Source of the DNA: Macrostomum lignano
Taxonomy: Eukaryota
DNA: 49,967 nt
Assembly (NCBI GenBank): GCA_002269645.1
Contig: NIVC01003199.1
Coordinates: 1 to 49,967, forward strand
Direction: 5' to 3'
Shown here: piece by piece, positions 35,063 through 48,400 of the stretch
How positions within the stretch are numbered: position 1 is the first letter of the stretch
Layout of the letters: each line of letters starts with the position of its first letter
The notes under the pieces: model-generated
Database searches by the model: none
Seen by the model: only the letters and a program-made list of their open reading frames with translations
Told to the model about the DNA's origin: nothing
Translations under genes and position numbers: made by a program

Positions 35063-36341
35063 TAGACGGTTGACGAGTCGGGCAACTCCTTCCCAGGGAG
35101 CTCGCAACTAACTATAGGGGATTAATAGTAGTAATAATAATAGTGGTGAAATTCATAACTACATGTAGACTAGTGTTTGTTGCTTGACACTGCTACCAGG
35201 GCGACTTGCATAGATTCAAGGAGTCCTTAGATTAGAATTCTAGACTTGATATTCTCTAAGTCTAAGAAACAATAATTGACTAAGCAATTTTATGGAGTAA
35301 TAACTATTCTAAACTATAACAACTTGATTCAACAGCGTGATTATAAACTAGGAAGTAGTTACCCCTACAACAACTTGGTGGCATAGTGAGACATTATTAA
35401 AAAGGACAGGAGTTTTCCCTACAACAATATATTAGGATTTTTTTTTAAATTTTAGTCAAAAAATTAAAAAAATGTTAGCTTACCATTTTAATTAGTTGTA
35501 GGCCCTAGGCAGTGTAGCTGCTGAGTTAAATATTAACTTTCAATACAACAAATACCAAATAACTTTGCTTGATTAAAGCAAATAGTTTGATTTTTTTTAA
35601 GAATTATCTTCTAAAGCGCACTAATTCGCAGGTGGTTTCTTATGCAAAGATTTTAAAGAGCTGAATTAAGTCTGGGCTTTAGTGTGGTGGCCTTTTTGTT
35701 TTGGCTTCAAGTCACCTGAGCTGCAGCTGGAGGGTGAGGGAATAAGTATATGGAACACAACAATAGATATTTAATTTTAAAGCAAAAATGGAACACAACA
35801 ATAGATATTAGAAAACGACAAGACGCTCTCCAAACTTAATACTAGCCTAATTCAAAATAATTAAGCCGTTAGGCTCACAGTAGCGCCTGACACAATTGTT
35901 CTTAACCCCCTATTTTTTTTCGTTCTTTAGATGCCTTTCCTGACTGACTGGGTGACTAATTTCTTTATTTTCTGAGTAATTTAATTTACAATTCTATACA
36001 GCTTAAAAAATCTATTCTAAGTTTACGGAAGTTAAACTTATTCATTTATTAAACCATTTTATTAGACAATTTTATTTTATTTGGATCAGAAAAATTAGAA
36101 GTTTGTTTAATTAAATCGCGTGTTTACGCTCCCACAATTGCCCTTTAAATCCGCCAAGCCTATATGCATGAATAACTTAAATCACATTGGTTTCAAATGC
36201 GATTCCGAATAAAAATACTTCTGGAATCTTCATGATTTTATCATGTTTTTTGCATACGCTTTCAAACAACGAGGACTGCCCTGTTCTAGCCCAATGACCA
36301 CTAGAAGTACTGTACTGCAGCTGTTCATGTATCTTACAACA

Positions 36342-37005
36342 GAAACAACAACAACAACAACAACAAAGTACGTAGCTCCGCATTCAAGGTCACAGTCAAA
36401 GCAGGGCGCGTCAGATTGCGTGCCGTAGACCCTGAGAGTCCGCCTCATTGGCAGCCTCGGCTGTGCCCCAGCGTCGAATGGGAGCTGGCGGGCCACGTAT
36501 CGACGGGTTTGAGGCTGACCCCGCTTGAACGGGCCCTGCAAGGTGAGCAGCAGAACGTTTTGAACAGGTTGGGGGCAGTATAGCTTTCGATCGGCCCGGT
36601 TTACGTGGCCCCAGTTTACGTCGCCGCCGGCGCAGGATGATGGACGCGTCCGGGTTTTACTGGCTAGGCTGCAGCTTTGGTCCGATCGTACAGGGGCCTC
36701 GGTCCCGACGCTCTCGTCAGCTCGAAGGCCGCACGGAGCAGCCCTGAGTGCGCCGAGTCTAACTTCCGCTCCAGCGTAGCCGTCAACGTCCACGCCTCGG
36801 CGTTGTACGTTATTAGCAGGACGGTTTCGACCGCAGCCTTCACAGCTAGCCAAGCCTCTGGTGGTTGGGCAGCGCTTCGGACTGGAGGACGGCCCGGATC
36901 GAACGGAAGGCCGCTCAGGCAAGTCTTCTGCGCCGCTGAAGGTCTTCCTCCACGTGGGGCCTTAGACCCAGCACGTGCGATCGAGCTACGTCGGCCGGCA
37001 CAGTA
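36342..37005 (-). mobile_element. 5'-truncated, decayed RTE-like non-LTR retrotransposon (RT C-terminus, 3' end, (GTT)n tail)
   Basis: Frameshifted translation EDLQRRRRLA*AAFRSI...KAAVETVLL..YNAEAWTLTATLERKLDSAHSGLLRAAF...LRRRRRKL.HV.RA..YCPQPVQNVLLLTLQGPFKRGQ; ends in (GTT)n. Confidence 0.8.
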
Positions 37006-37573
37006 TGTATTTGAGCATGCTGTTCAATAAATATATGTAATACTAATATGTAATATACAATTAGCTAACCCGCAAAAATTACTGTTGTATACTGTATACC
37101 TTGTAGCAAACACGATCAGATATTGCCCAATTATTTGAAGGCCTGCTTTTTTGCATTGGGGTTTAAAGATTTTATAAATGGCATACTCTGGATCATGGTT
37201 AATTTTGCACTTAATAATATTTTTGCGGCGGGTTGTTCGAAATTTTAATCTTTTTCAAAAATCACGCAAAATTATGCCTGCACTTCATTATAAATGTATG
37301 TACGTACATTACGAGCGAACATGTAGGAATAGAGCTCATGGCTATGTGCAATATTTGGTGCAGTCAAACTGAACATAATATTATAATGAACAGAATGCTT
37401 TTTTGAAGGCAAACATTGCTAAATACACGCAAACATGCAAGCGAGCCTAGAAACTTGCATTATTTACGAGTGTACGAAAGGCATGCAGGCACGCGCAAAA
37501 AGCGCGTGGCGCTGAACCTGGCCGGCGACCGGAGGAGCGCAGAAATGAATTGCGCGACTTCTTTGCCAGCATT

Positions 37574-37666
37574 GAAAACGCTTCATCAGGATCGTTCTGC
37601 AGGGCGACACGCTAGCGCCGTTTCTCTTCGTCCTGCTGATGGACTGAGTGCTTCGGACCGCACTCA
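37574..37666 (+). mobile_element. Small reverse transcriptase fragment of a non-LTR element
   Basis: CTGCAGGGCGACACGCTAGCGCCGTTTCTCTTCGTCCTGCTG... translates to LQGDTLAPFLFVLLMD*VLRTAL (RT QGD motif). Confidence 0.75.
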
Positions 37667-38130
37667 ACTCGGCTAGCGACATGGATTTAACCAAAAAAAA
37701 CAAGCAAAACCATATTTAGCCCTGTAACAGTATATGCATATACATTGTAATGTGCCGTTTGTCGAACTAGTTCTGCTATTTAGGTAGCTCATACCTTCAA
37801 AAGAGTAGTCTCAGATCGGTCAACACAAAACATTGAAAGTACTTTAGTAAAGACCTAGCAGAGCTACAGAAAAGGCCTTGACAATGTGTTAGTTAAACTT
37901 GAGATTCCATCAGACGCGTACCTAATAGATGAGATCAGAGGAAACTCCCTATCCGCCAACTGCTTCAAGCCGATCTCTCGGATTTTGACAACAACATATC
38001 GTTGATACATGTACATGTAAGTGCAGGTTGCTTCGAATTGTTTGCACGCACAAAATTTATTTAGAAAGGGGTCGCAACTCTAAAAGGAGCTTGTATTTGA
38101 TGTCGTTAGATCCCAATCTTCCTGTCGATC

Positions 38131-38535
38131 TTTGTGGGCGTTCCTGTCTCTTGGTGGGCGCCACTGTCTCTTGGTGGGCGCTCCTGTCTATTGGTGGGTC
38201 CCACTTTCTCTTGGTGGGCGCCACTGTCTCTTGGTGGGCGCCACTGTCTCTTGGTTAGCGCTCCTGTCTCTTGGTTGGCGCCACTGTCTCTTGGTGGGCG
38301 CTCCTGTCTATTGGTGGGTCCCACTTTCTCTTGGTGGGCGCCCTGTCTCTTGGTGGGCGCCACTGTCTCTTGGTGGGCGCAACTGTCTCTTGGTGGGCGC
38401 CCTGTCTCTTGGTGGGCGCCCTGTCTCTTGGTGGGCGCCACTGTCTCTTGGTGGGCACCACTGTCTCTTGGTTGGCGCTTCTGTCTCTTGGTGGGCGCCA
38501 CTGTCTCTTGGTTAGCGCTCCTGTCTCTTGGTGGG
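38131..38535 (+). repeat. 19-20-bp minisatellite, ~20 copies with recurring variant blocks
   Basis: TTGGTGGGCGCCACTGTCTC with variants ...CTCCTGTCTA and ...GTCCCACTTTCTC. Confidence 0.95.
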
Positions 38536-39505
38536 CCGCAACTCTAAAAGGTGCCAAATATTTTATGTCTTGGTTGGGCTCTCAATCTCCCTGTCTCCTG
38601 GTGAGCGGGTGCCGCAGTCCCTGTCTCCCAGGCTAGTTGATGTCACGTCCAAAAGAGTTGGCACGAGTTGAGCTCATGTTATTCGTCGAGTTGTTTAAAT
38701 CTTAACTTATTATTGTCGGAATCAAATTTCGACAATATCGGTAGGGCGGAATCAAACTCGATGACTTTAATTAGATACCTTCAATTTAGTTTGAGCTTCA
38801 CTAGAAATCCAAAACGCAATCAGGTGTTTTTTCGAATTCCAGAATCACAATGCAGTTTTATAACCGATTCAAGTTCCGGATATATTGTTCTTGTTCTAGT
38901 TTCTGGAACAGTCTATATGAGATGCCTCAATGCAGGGAGTCTTAAATTGCTTCCATCTAATGAATATTTATATAAATTTCCAAACTTTCGTGAACTTGCT
39001 TAGTATCGGAGTACATTAAAATTTAGAATATCCAAATGAATTTACAGTAGCATCAAATCTGTCCCGAATCGAAATAGCTTGCAAAACTAGAATTGGGCCT
39101 GGAGAAGTAGTTTAAAAGTGCATGAAAGGGAAGGACACAAAATAAATTTAGCTTCATACTGCTAGCAAATAAGTCACTAGATAAGTGTTCTGATCCTGCG
39201 GGTCCCTTTGTAGTCTGTTGCACGCTTTGTCGGCGAATTTGTCGGCAACTTCTTTACTAAGTCGGCACTAACAGCGGAGGAAATCCGGTGCAGAAATGAA
39301 CCAGACAAAGCGATAAATCTTCAAATTTAAAAGTGTAGCCATTTTCGATTTGAAATTCGGAATGCTCAATAAAATTAAAATTAGACACAAACTTTCGTCA
39401 ACACGCGTTAGAAGAGGAGCATTAGCAAAGCGTATTTAAAGGACTAATGATAGTTGCGACAAACACATTGATATACGGATAAAGATTGTTTTGATAATTG
39501 TCAAG

Positions 39506-42500
39506 ATGAAGATTGTCAGCCTAGCCTTTCTCGTACACCTGTTCATCCTAGGGCATTTGCATCGACCGGTTAGGTCTCAGCAGGACACCGACCTGCAGCT
39601 TCAGTCTGGCCAATTCCAACGGCTGCTCATCTTCGTGGAGGATCGGCGAGGTGTTCAGAAGACTGCCAGTGAGCTACTTCGGCTGATTAAGGAGATAAAG
39701 GTCCGTCGGGACTATTTCCTGGCATACGGGGAGGATTGCTGAGATATCAAGGCTTTACGGGAGGAATTGTTGTGATGTCAAGACTTACAGGGGGAATGGC
39801 TGAGAAGTGAAGAATGGGGTCAGAAGCTACATGTAATTTATTGAAAAAAATTATTGTATCTCTTGTTGTGCCCTAAAGTGGGAGGGGGCGCTGATTGCTA
39901 GTTTATTTACTTATATTTGCTAGAATCGACTTATTGCTACTGATATTGGTAGGCTATAGTTAAAAATTTTTGAAATTTTTGAATACTGATTCGTGAATTG
40001 ACAAATCGGTATTACATTTTGTCGGTTTGAGTAGCACCTAATAAGATTTAACATTTAGCAAGCACAGGTCTAATTCTTCAGCGCAAATTTACAATGAAAG
40101 CTAGATTTTATTCATTTGAAATACAAAATGCACCAGCGATAACCAGCTTTACGCATAAACTGCACCAAAATCTAGTGTGGAATACTCAGACAACCAATAC
40201 CGGTATGGATCGCCAGCCAGTAAAAGAAATCCTTGAGGTTTCATGAAAAGTCAAGATGCACTACCAATTTGAATCTTCACATACAATGTCGCTGAACTTC
40301 CTGTTTCAGCAGTTTGGCATTTAATTGTTGATAAATTATCATTGTTGTCGCTTTATTAATGAATATAAAACTTATTTTCCCCAGACACAACCGCTTAGCC
40401 AAAGAAAACTGATCGACCCTATTGTTGCAATTTACTTACCAGGTCGGTTTCAATGCGGCCTCCAGGCTGCTGCAGAACTTGACCACTGCTGTTGGCCGCC
40501 CGATGAGGCTCGGCAGCGCCAGCGTCCTGGTGTCCGCCAGACTCGGCCGCGAGCTTCGAGCCGCCGGACTCCCGGTCGGAGACGCCAGGTGGCAGCGCCG
40601 GAACCGAGCCGACTTCGTTGTTACCCACGACGTCGACGCCGATACCGAGGGCTCGGTCGCCATGGAGACCGGATGCGGCAAGCCCGGCAAGAAAGTCGTC
40701 ATGCAGGATGCGAGCTTCACGAATGACTCAAACAGCATTGGTGAGTGCTCAGTTGGTAATTGGTACTGAGCCAGAGCCCTAATATTCGCACACAATCAAC
40801 TGACCGAGTCCAGTGTGGAACCCCAATTGCAGTGCACCGCAAGGTCGCTCTGTTCTTCTCGCAGTATCGCTGGGGTCTGCTGAGCGAGCAGCCGGTCGGC
40901 AGTCCGATCGAGACGGGTCCCGACGGAGAGCTGCGAGTCTCCGCCTGCTCCGCTGAGCTCAGGGTCCGACTGGCCGCCGCGGACGGCAGCTCGACGTGCG
41001 AGTTCGACGTGAACTCGCGTCGAACGTCTCGAGGCTGCGCGCCGAAGCTGAGCCGGACGGTTATCCGGACGGTTTATCCGGACGGTCCGCTTGCGTCGTT
41101 CATGTTCGCTCCGTTCCACCGAGCCGTGAACCGCTTCTGCGATGCAAGGTCGAAGGAGCCTCAGCTGCAGCACAACGGCATGGTGGACAGTCTGATGAAC
41201 AGGCAGTGCGACGGGCTGAGCGCAGCTGAAGTGCTGCGGAATCACCGAGACTTCTGGGGAACTCCAGACGGTACTCGGCCAGCACCTGGCGACATAAGTT
41301 TCGACGTCGTCGCTGAGAAGTCCAACAGACGCGTAGTTGTCGTCATGGACACCTCTGGTAGCATGAGTGTGAGTTTGGCTTTTTTACAAATACCTTCTTG
41401 ACTGCAATAGTTGAATTATTTTGTAAGGTTTTTTGAAATCATGAAATTATTTCACTATAGGGACTCAGAATTGCGATGATGATCAGCGCCGTGAACCAGT
41501 TTCTACTGGAAATAATCGAAGACGGTTCCGAATGCGCTTTGATCAGCTTTACAAACAGACATTCGGTTCTGTCAAATTTTGTAAGCATTCAGTCAAGAAG
41601 AGACCGAGAACGCCTGTCGAGTCTTGTGTCGAGACTCCATGCTAACGGAGGAACGTGCATTGGAGGGGCCGTTTCCGCAGCAGCTTCCGTAATTCACAAA
41701 GCTGTTAATGTCAGGATTTGTATTGAATTTGTATTAAGCATGCAGACTTTGTATTTTAGATGCTAGGCTATCACGGTCCGGCTTCTGCATCTGCTACAGG
41801 TCAGATAATTCTTCTCTCTGATGGCGTAGAAGGCTGTCCCGGACGGCTTAACAGCATGGTTAGCTTCCTGGCTCATAGCAGCCTTGAGGTGGTGTCCATT
41901 CGCTACGGTGACAAAGCCGATTCGCGAATGGACCGATTGGCGGAGGTTACTGGCGGCCAGAAGTTCTTCGGTGGCACGTCAATCGCTGACAGCAGCGGCC
42001 TAAGACTGGCGCTGGGCGCTACGACAACCGCGATCGACGAGTCAAAGAGGACATTGACGGTGGGCTTGAATAGATAATTGCTTTTCATAATTTGTAAATG
42101 CACAAAAGTGACTGTGATTTTAAGTTCTTTTTTAATTTTTTTACAGCTCACCTCGGAAGAGATCGGCAGTAGATTCGTGCGTCGAAGGTTTAACGTCGAC
42201 GAGTCAGTCAGACGCGACCTGGTGTTCCGAGTGACAGTGCCATCAAACACGGGTGCCGTGACGCAGCTTCGGCTGCTGCTAAATGCGCCGTCGGGTCGTG
42301 AGTTCGGCTACAGAAACCGCTCTGACATCTACGAAGCGAATGCAGCGATTGGGACTGTTGCAATCCGGGTACCGGACAGCCAAATTCAGGTAAACAAATT
42401 AATTTTCATGGCTATTCGCTATTTGATTTTTTTACTCCATTCAGTAACTATTCCGCAAGCAGAAAGGTATTTGGATACTGCGAGATGAAGCCAGCGAAAG

Positions 42501-43775
42501 CCAACCAGAAAGTCACCCGTCGACGGGAGCTGGAGGCTCCATCGTTGTCACGGGACGGTCGTCTGAGGATTCCGTTGAAGCTCCCGTAGTCCTAACGGCT
42601 GAAGTGCATCCGAGCATCGTTCAAAGAATTTCTGAGGAAACCAAAATTGCCGTCTTTGCTCAGCTACTCAGAGGTCACACGCCTGTAAGGGGCGGAAGGC
42701 TGTACGCCTCAGTGCGGTCAGATTCCAATTTGGTAGCTTCCTTCGATCTCATGGACAACGGTGCTGGTATGCTTGGGCTTCATTCGAATAAAACAATTCA
42801 CGAGCGTTACAGAAAATACAGATACAATTAATACATAATTATATAATACAGGGGCCGATCTGAAGGCCGGAGACGGCACGTATTCCGCCTACCTGCCTGT
42901 CGCTGAACTAAATGAGCCTCGAGACTTCTCTGTCTCAGTGAAGTCACTTTCCCCAGTGAGCCGCGTCACATCCGCTGGCAAGGTGACAGTTCGCTATCGG
43001 AATCCGAGCTTCAACAGGCAGCTGGTCCCACCGCCGAAGGTCATTGACTTCCGAGTGACGGTGAACACGCTGAACAACTCAGCTGTTCTCATGTGGACTG
43101 CAGTAGAAGATCCGACAGTGAAGAATGCATGTAAGTTCTTTTTTGAAGTAGTAGCTGAATCAGTATGTTTAATAACAATTCTAACTTTTAAGACACCGCA
43201 TTAACGCCCGAATTTCAGCCGCAAAGTACGAGATCCGGTACTCCAGCTCTCGCGAGCAGCTCATTAAAAACTTCTCAACTTGCCCGATTCTGACGGTTCT
43301 GTCCGAAGGTCTCGGAGCTCCGGGCTCGACTGTGCAGCTGAACGCGTTTCATCAGCTCGCAGGCCGCGGCGCCGTCTTTGTCGCTGTCTCGGGCGTCTCC
43401 GCGCTCAACGTCAGCGGGCCGCAGTCAAATCTGATCGGCGTCGACCTGACTCCGCCCTCGGTGACGCAGCTGACGCACATCGGACTGCTGCCTGTCGGAG
43501 ACGGGATGGGCGCGACGGAGCCTCCGTCTAGAATGAGCGTTCCAGGCCTGATTGTCGGTGTGACAGCCTCGGTGGCAGCTGCAGCCGGTCTGGCCTACCT
43601 GTCGATGGTGCTGCACCGCAGGGCAAGCTCGGCTCAACCAGCTTCGCTGACTAAACCAGCCGACACCGACACGAAGCAAGGCAAGGCACCAAGGTCGCAG
43701 AGTGCCAGCAATGTCTCTGTTCGCTATGCCGACGAGTTTTTCGACGGTTCCACTTTGCTCACACCGGCAATTTGA
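39506..43775 (+). CDS. CLCA: CLCA-like type I membrane protein A; 9 exons (39506-39700, 40443-40740, 40833-41368, 41461-41688, 41760-42059, 42147-42389, 42463-42766, 42852-43130, 43219-43775), ~979 aa
   Basis: Signal peptide; CLCA-N motifs (GCGKPG, YRWG..SE, FAPFH...FCD...HN....LMNRQC); VWA RRVVVVMDTSGSM, GGTCIG, IILLSDG; DNGAGADL..GDGTYSAY; FN3-like PPPKVIDFRV...LMWTA; C-terminal TM helix. Phases are consistent (2940 nt). The symbol is family-level only. Confidence 0.88.
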
Positions 43776-44404
43776 ACGAGCCGTGGAAAGAATGGAAAAC
43801 AAAAAGTTCGTTTTTATCTGTTGTAGTGACGAGGAGAAATTTATTGCTTTTTTAATAATGAGTTGGTTGGTATCCTTTTCCCAACTCAATGCGACTAAGC
43901 ATGGATTGAGAGTTCGTATAAAAACAGGGACAATTAACTGTCTTTTAGTTGTCCCTGATAAAAAACTTCAATATATATGATTACGAAGGTATTAAATTTA
44001 ATACTTTTTTGTATTCAGAATTACGTTTATGTAAGTGAAAAGTTCGATTTTTTTGACATACTTGCCACCAGCAAAAGTTTAACAACTACGAACTATAAAA
44101 TTGAGAAAGTCGACTACTTATTTAGCGTTTATTCAGAACTTTCTGTATCGTTTTATTCGGAGAGATTTTTTTTCATTTTTTTCATTTTCTAATCGGTCTG
44201 TGCTCTCAAGAAATTTAAATTCAATTCAAACTACCATTTGCTTCGACTCTGTAGCATTTATCTATTTGTTTAAGTTATACAGTACAAGCCCGTAAATGAT
44301 TGTGTTGCATTCGGATTTGAGCATATATTCACGGAATTACGCTACGCCTTATACTGAAGTATTATGAGCACTAGTACGAGCGTAGTAGTAATAAATAAAT
44401 GTCA

Positions 44405-44560
44405 CATATACGAGGCAGTAGTAGTCGTAGTGGTAGTAGTAGTAGTAGTTGTTGTGTTGTTGTTGTTGTAGTTGCAGTAGTAGTAGGAGTAGGAGTAGTA
44501 GTAAGATTAGTAGTAGTAGTAGGAGTAGTAGTAGTAGGAGTAGTAGTAGTAGTCGTCGTT
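44405..44560 (+). repeat. Compound (GTA)n/(GTT)n/(GGAGTA)n microsatellite
   Basis: Direct inspection; source of the poly-T and poly-V ORFs. Confidence 0.9.
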
Positions 44561-44781
44561 TTTTGGACTTTTCGAATGAACATTATTGTTCCCATCCATA
44601 AATACTCGTAGCAACTACTGATTTTGGTGAAACAGGAGGCGCGGCCACAGTCATCAACTGATAGCTTACCAGTACGATGGAATTGACTTCCTACTAAATT
44701 GCCGGTGTATGATAGTGACAAACTGCTAACTATAATTTAGGAAAGCTCCTTGTTTAGATAAGCAGCAATCTGAGACAAACA

Positions 44782-45170
44782 CCCTAGAGGACATTCTGTT
44801 TCTCAAACTTAGCAGATCTTTTCTCTGTGCCATTCTTAGCAGATTTTCTCAATCTGCTCGGTTCTTGCAGGATCTTCTAAGATGGGAGGTAAATTTGTTT
44901 TATTATTCATTTGGCTAAAGTGTTCTAGCTGAAATATATTTCTTTTATGACAAAAAGGGACAATAAATTTAAGAAAATATGCGATTCGAAGCTATAAAAA
45001 GATATAAAAGCTAAGATCTTGTACCATGTAGCAAGTCGCCCAGATCTGGTAAGTTTACCTAAGTATTATTATAGCGAAGATCTTGCACGTTCTTGCAAGT
45101 ACTTGCGCAGCAACCCAAGAAGATAGATCACAAGATCTGCTAAGAATCAACAAGTCAATGTCTTTTAGGG
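44782..45170. mobile_element. MITE / non-autonomous DNA transposon, 389 bp, between the CLCA paralogs
   Basis: Imperfect TIR CCCTAGAGGACATT / AATGTCTTTTAGGG (12/14); inner inverted repeat CTTAGCAGATCTT (44808) / AAGATCTGCTAAG (45132); 2-bp flanking CA duplication. Confidence 0.7.
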
Positions 45171-45405
45171 CATTAACTTTCTAGGTTTACAAAGCTGGAA
45201 GTGATAATTGCAAAGCTGGCTAGAATCATCACAATGCAATGGGGGGACAGTGATGAAACGTAAACATACTAAACTTACTATCTGCGTGTACATGCATAAA
45301 TAAAAGTATAATTAGCTGCGGTTTCTTCATTATTTTAAGTTCTAGAAATAAGTTATAAGAAAATCGACCAAATATTTTGTTAGCCTCGTTTTATCACTGA
45401 CCAGG

Positions 45406-48400
45406 ATGCAGCTAAGAACGCTGTTAGTGCTTCTGCTTGCTGCACTGGAGCTGTCCGAGGCTCAGCAGGACACGGAGCTGCATCTGCAATCCAACCAGTT
45501 CCACCGGCTGCTCATCTTCGTAGAGGATCACCGAACTGGCCAGCCGCCTGTCGGTCAATCGCGCCACCTGATTGAGAAGATCAAGGTGAGAATCAATTAA
45601 GGTCTTAACAAGAAGTTCATGCACAAACGTCACTTAAGGATGAGTCACAGGTGCTCAATCAATCCGCAGAAAGGATTTAATGACGCCTCCAGGCTGCTGC
45701 AGAACTTGACCGCTGCCGTTGGCCGCCCGATGAGGCTCGGCAGCGCCAGCGTCCTGGTGTCCGCCAGACTCGGCCGCGAGCTTCGAACCGCCGGACTGCG
45801 CGTCGGAGACGCCCGGTGGCAGCGCCGGAACCGAGCCGACTTCGTCGTCACTCACGAAGTCGACGCCGATACCGAGGGCTCGGTCGCCATGGAGACCGGA
45901 TGCGGCAAGCCCGGCAAGAAAGTCGTCATGCAGGATGCGAGCTTCATGAATGACTCAAACAGCATCGGTGAGTGCTCAGTTGGTAATTGGTACTGAGCCA
46001 GAGCCCTACTAGTCTCACACAATCAACTGACCGAGTCCAGTGTTGAACCCCAATTGCAGTGCACCGCAAGGTCGCTCTGTTCTTCTCGCAGTACCGCTGG
46101 GGTCTGCTGAGCGAGCAGCCGGTCGCAGTCCGATCGAGACGGGTCCCGACGGAGAGCTGCGAGTCTCCGCCTGCTCCGCTGAGCTCAGGGTCCGACTGGC
46201 CGCCGCGGACGGCAGCTCGACGTGCGAGTTCGACGTGAACTCGCGTCGAACGTCTCGGGGCTGCGCGCGAAGCTGAGCGAGTCGCAGCCGGACGGTCCGC
46301 TTGCGTCGTTCATTGTTCGCTCCGTTCCACCGAGCCGTGAACCGCTTCTTCGATGCAAGGTCGAAGGAGCCTCAGCTGCAGCACAACGGCATGGTGGACA
46401 GTCTGATGAACAGGCAGTGCGACGGTCTGAGCGCAGCTGAAGTGCTGCGGAATCACCGAGACTTCTGGGGAACTCCAGACGGTACTCGGCCAGCACCTGG
46501 CGACATAAGTTTCGACATCGTCGCTGAGAAGTCAAACAGACGCGTAGTTGTTGTCATGGACACCTCTGGTAGCATGAGTAGAGTGAGTGACTTTAGCTTC
46601 GAGAACTCAATTCTTTGTGGCGAGTGTGCTGAGTATGAGGACCCTAGAGCTAATATGAAACCAATTGTTAGATCTACGAGCTATCGGCATCTCAACAATC
46701 GACTAATGTCATTCAAATTTTCGGCTTTGATTTTTAATCGCGCTGACTGAAATTACATATATTGTATTAATTCATTTATTTAATCATTAGGGAAATCGTT
46801 GACTATGATGAAGAGCGCAGTCAGCCAGTTCCTTATGGAGATTCTTGAAGATGGCTCCGAATGCGCATTGATCAGCTTCACGAATGGGCATCAATTGCTT
46901 TCCGGATTCACGAAAATTAGGTCCAGGGAGGACAGAGAGAATTTGTCCAGAACTGGTTGAAGCATTGAATGCGTCAGGAAGCACCTGTATTGCTGGAGCT
47001 GTCCGTGCAGCTGCATCTGTGAGTACTAAGGATATAGCAGATATGTACGTACATGTACCAGTACGTACGCTCGTATATATCCCTCAGGCACTTTCACCAA
47101 GAAAATACGAGCCAGCAAATTTGATTGCGTTTTGCAGCTCCTTGGCTATAAGAACTCGGCCGGCCATCTGCGACGACTACTGGACAAATCATTCTTCTTT
47201 CTGACGGTGAGGAAGGCTGCAATGGGAGAGGAGGTCTGAACGGCCTCATCAACTCATTGTCCGATTCGAGCATTCAAGTGGTCTCCATTCGCTACGGAGA
47301 CTCCGCTGAAATGCTAATGGACAGGCTAGCCGACGCGACAGGCGGTCAAAAGTTTTTCCAAAGCACAAACATCTTTGATGCCAGCGGACTGCGACTGGCT
47401 CTGGGCGGGACAATCATGGAGCTTGAGGAGTCCAAGAGGTCGCTGACGGTGAGCTGTGCTGAAATACTGTTTGAACTCTGTTGATTGTTAGTTTATCTAT
47501 ATGCTGACGATATGGATTGCTTCTGAATTGATTTTCTCAAATTGCGGAAGTGTGCAACGAAGTCTTTACCACACCTAGACCGTATTTATAATCCTTTTGG
47601 CAGCTGATCTCTGAAGTTATCGAAGGCCGCCTGACGCGTCGCAGGTTCTACGTTGACCACTCGGTGCGGCGAGACCTCGTGTTCCGGGTGTCTGCACCGG
47701 CCAATCTTCGTAGAGTGCAGCAGCTTCGACTGGTGCTGACGTCTCCGTCAGGAGCGAACTTCAGCTATCGAAATTCTTCAAGTACATATGAAATCAATGC
47801 TAAGCTCGGAACCATTGCGATCAGGGTTCCTGACTTGTACATTGAGGTAAGCCGAATCCAGCTGTGGCTGATGCCCATGCAGTCCGTGAAGTTTATAAAG
47901 TAGCGCAATTGCCACTCATATGGACACTTCAGAACGGTACGTGGACACTAAGAAACGAATACAACTCATCGGATGTCGGATTTGTCAGCAGCGATGGCGG
48001 CTTCATCGCTGTGACTGGGAGAGCAGCTGACAATGCCACTGAAGCCCCCGTTGTTCTCACCGCTGAGGTCAGTCCGAGAAAAGTTGACAAAATCTTTGTA
48101 AACACCACAATTGTCGTGTACGCTCGTCTGTTGAGAGGTCATTCGCCCGTGACAGCTGGGAAATTGTTTGCCACTGTGAAATCCGATGCAGAACTGGTTG
48201 CCACTGTTGATTTGAGTGACAATGGAGCTGGTAAGGGAGTAAAGCATAAGAAAACATAATTGCATTGTACTTTGCACCTTTGAAGCAAAAAAATTATACA
48301 ACTGATTCTTGCGCAATTTAGGAGCCGATCTGAAGATCAGAGATGGCACCTACTCCGCCTACCTGCCCATCGATAAACTCAACGAAGCTCGCGACTTCTC

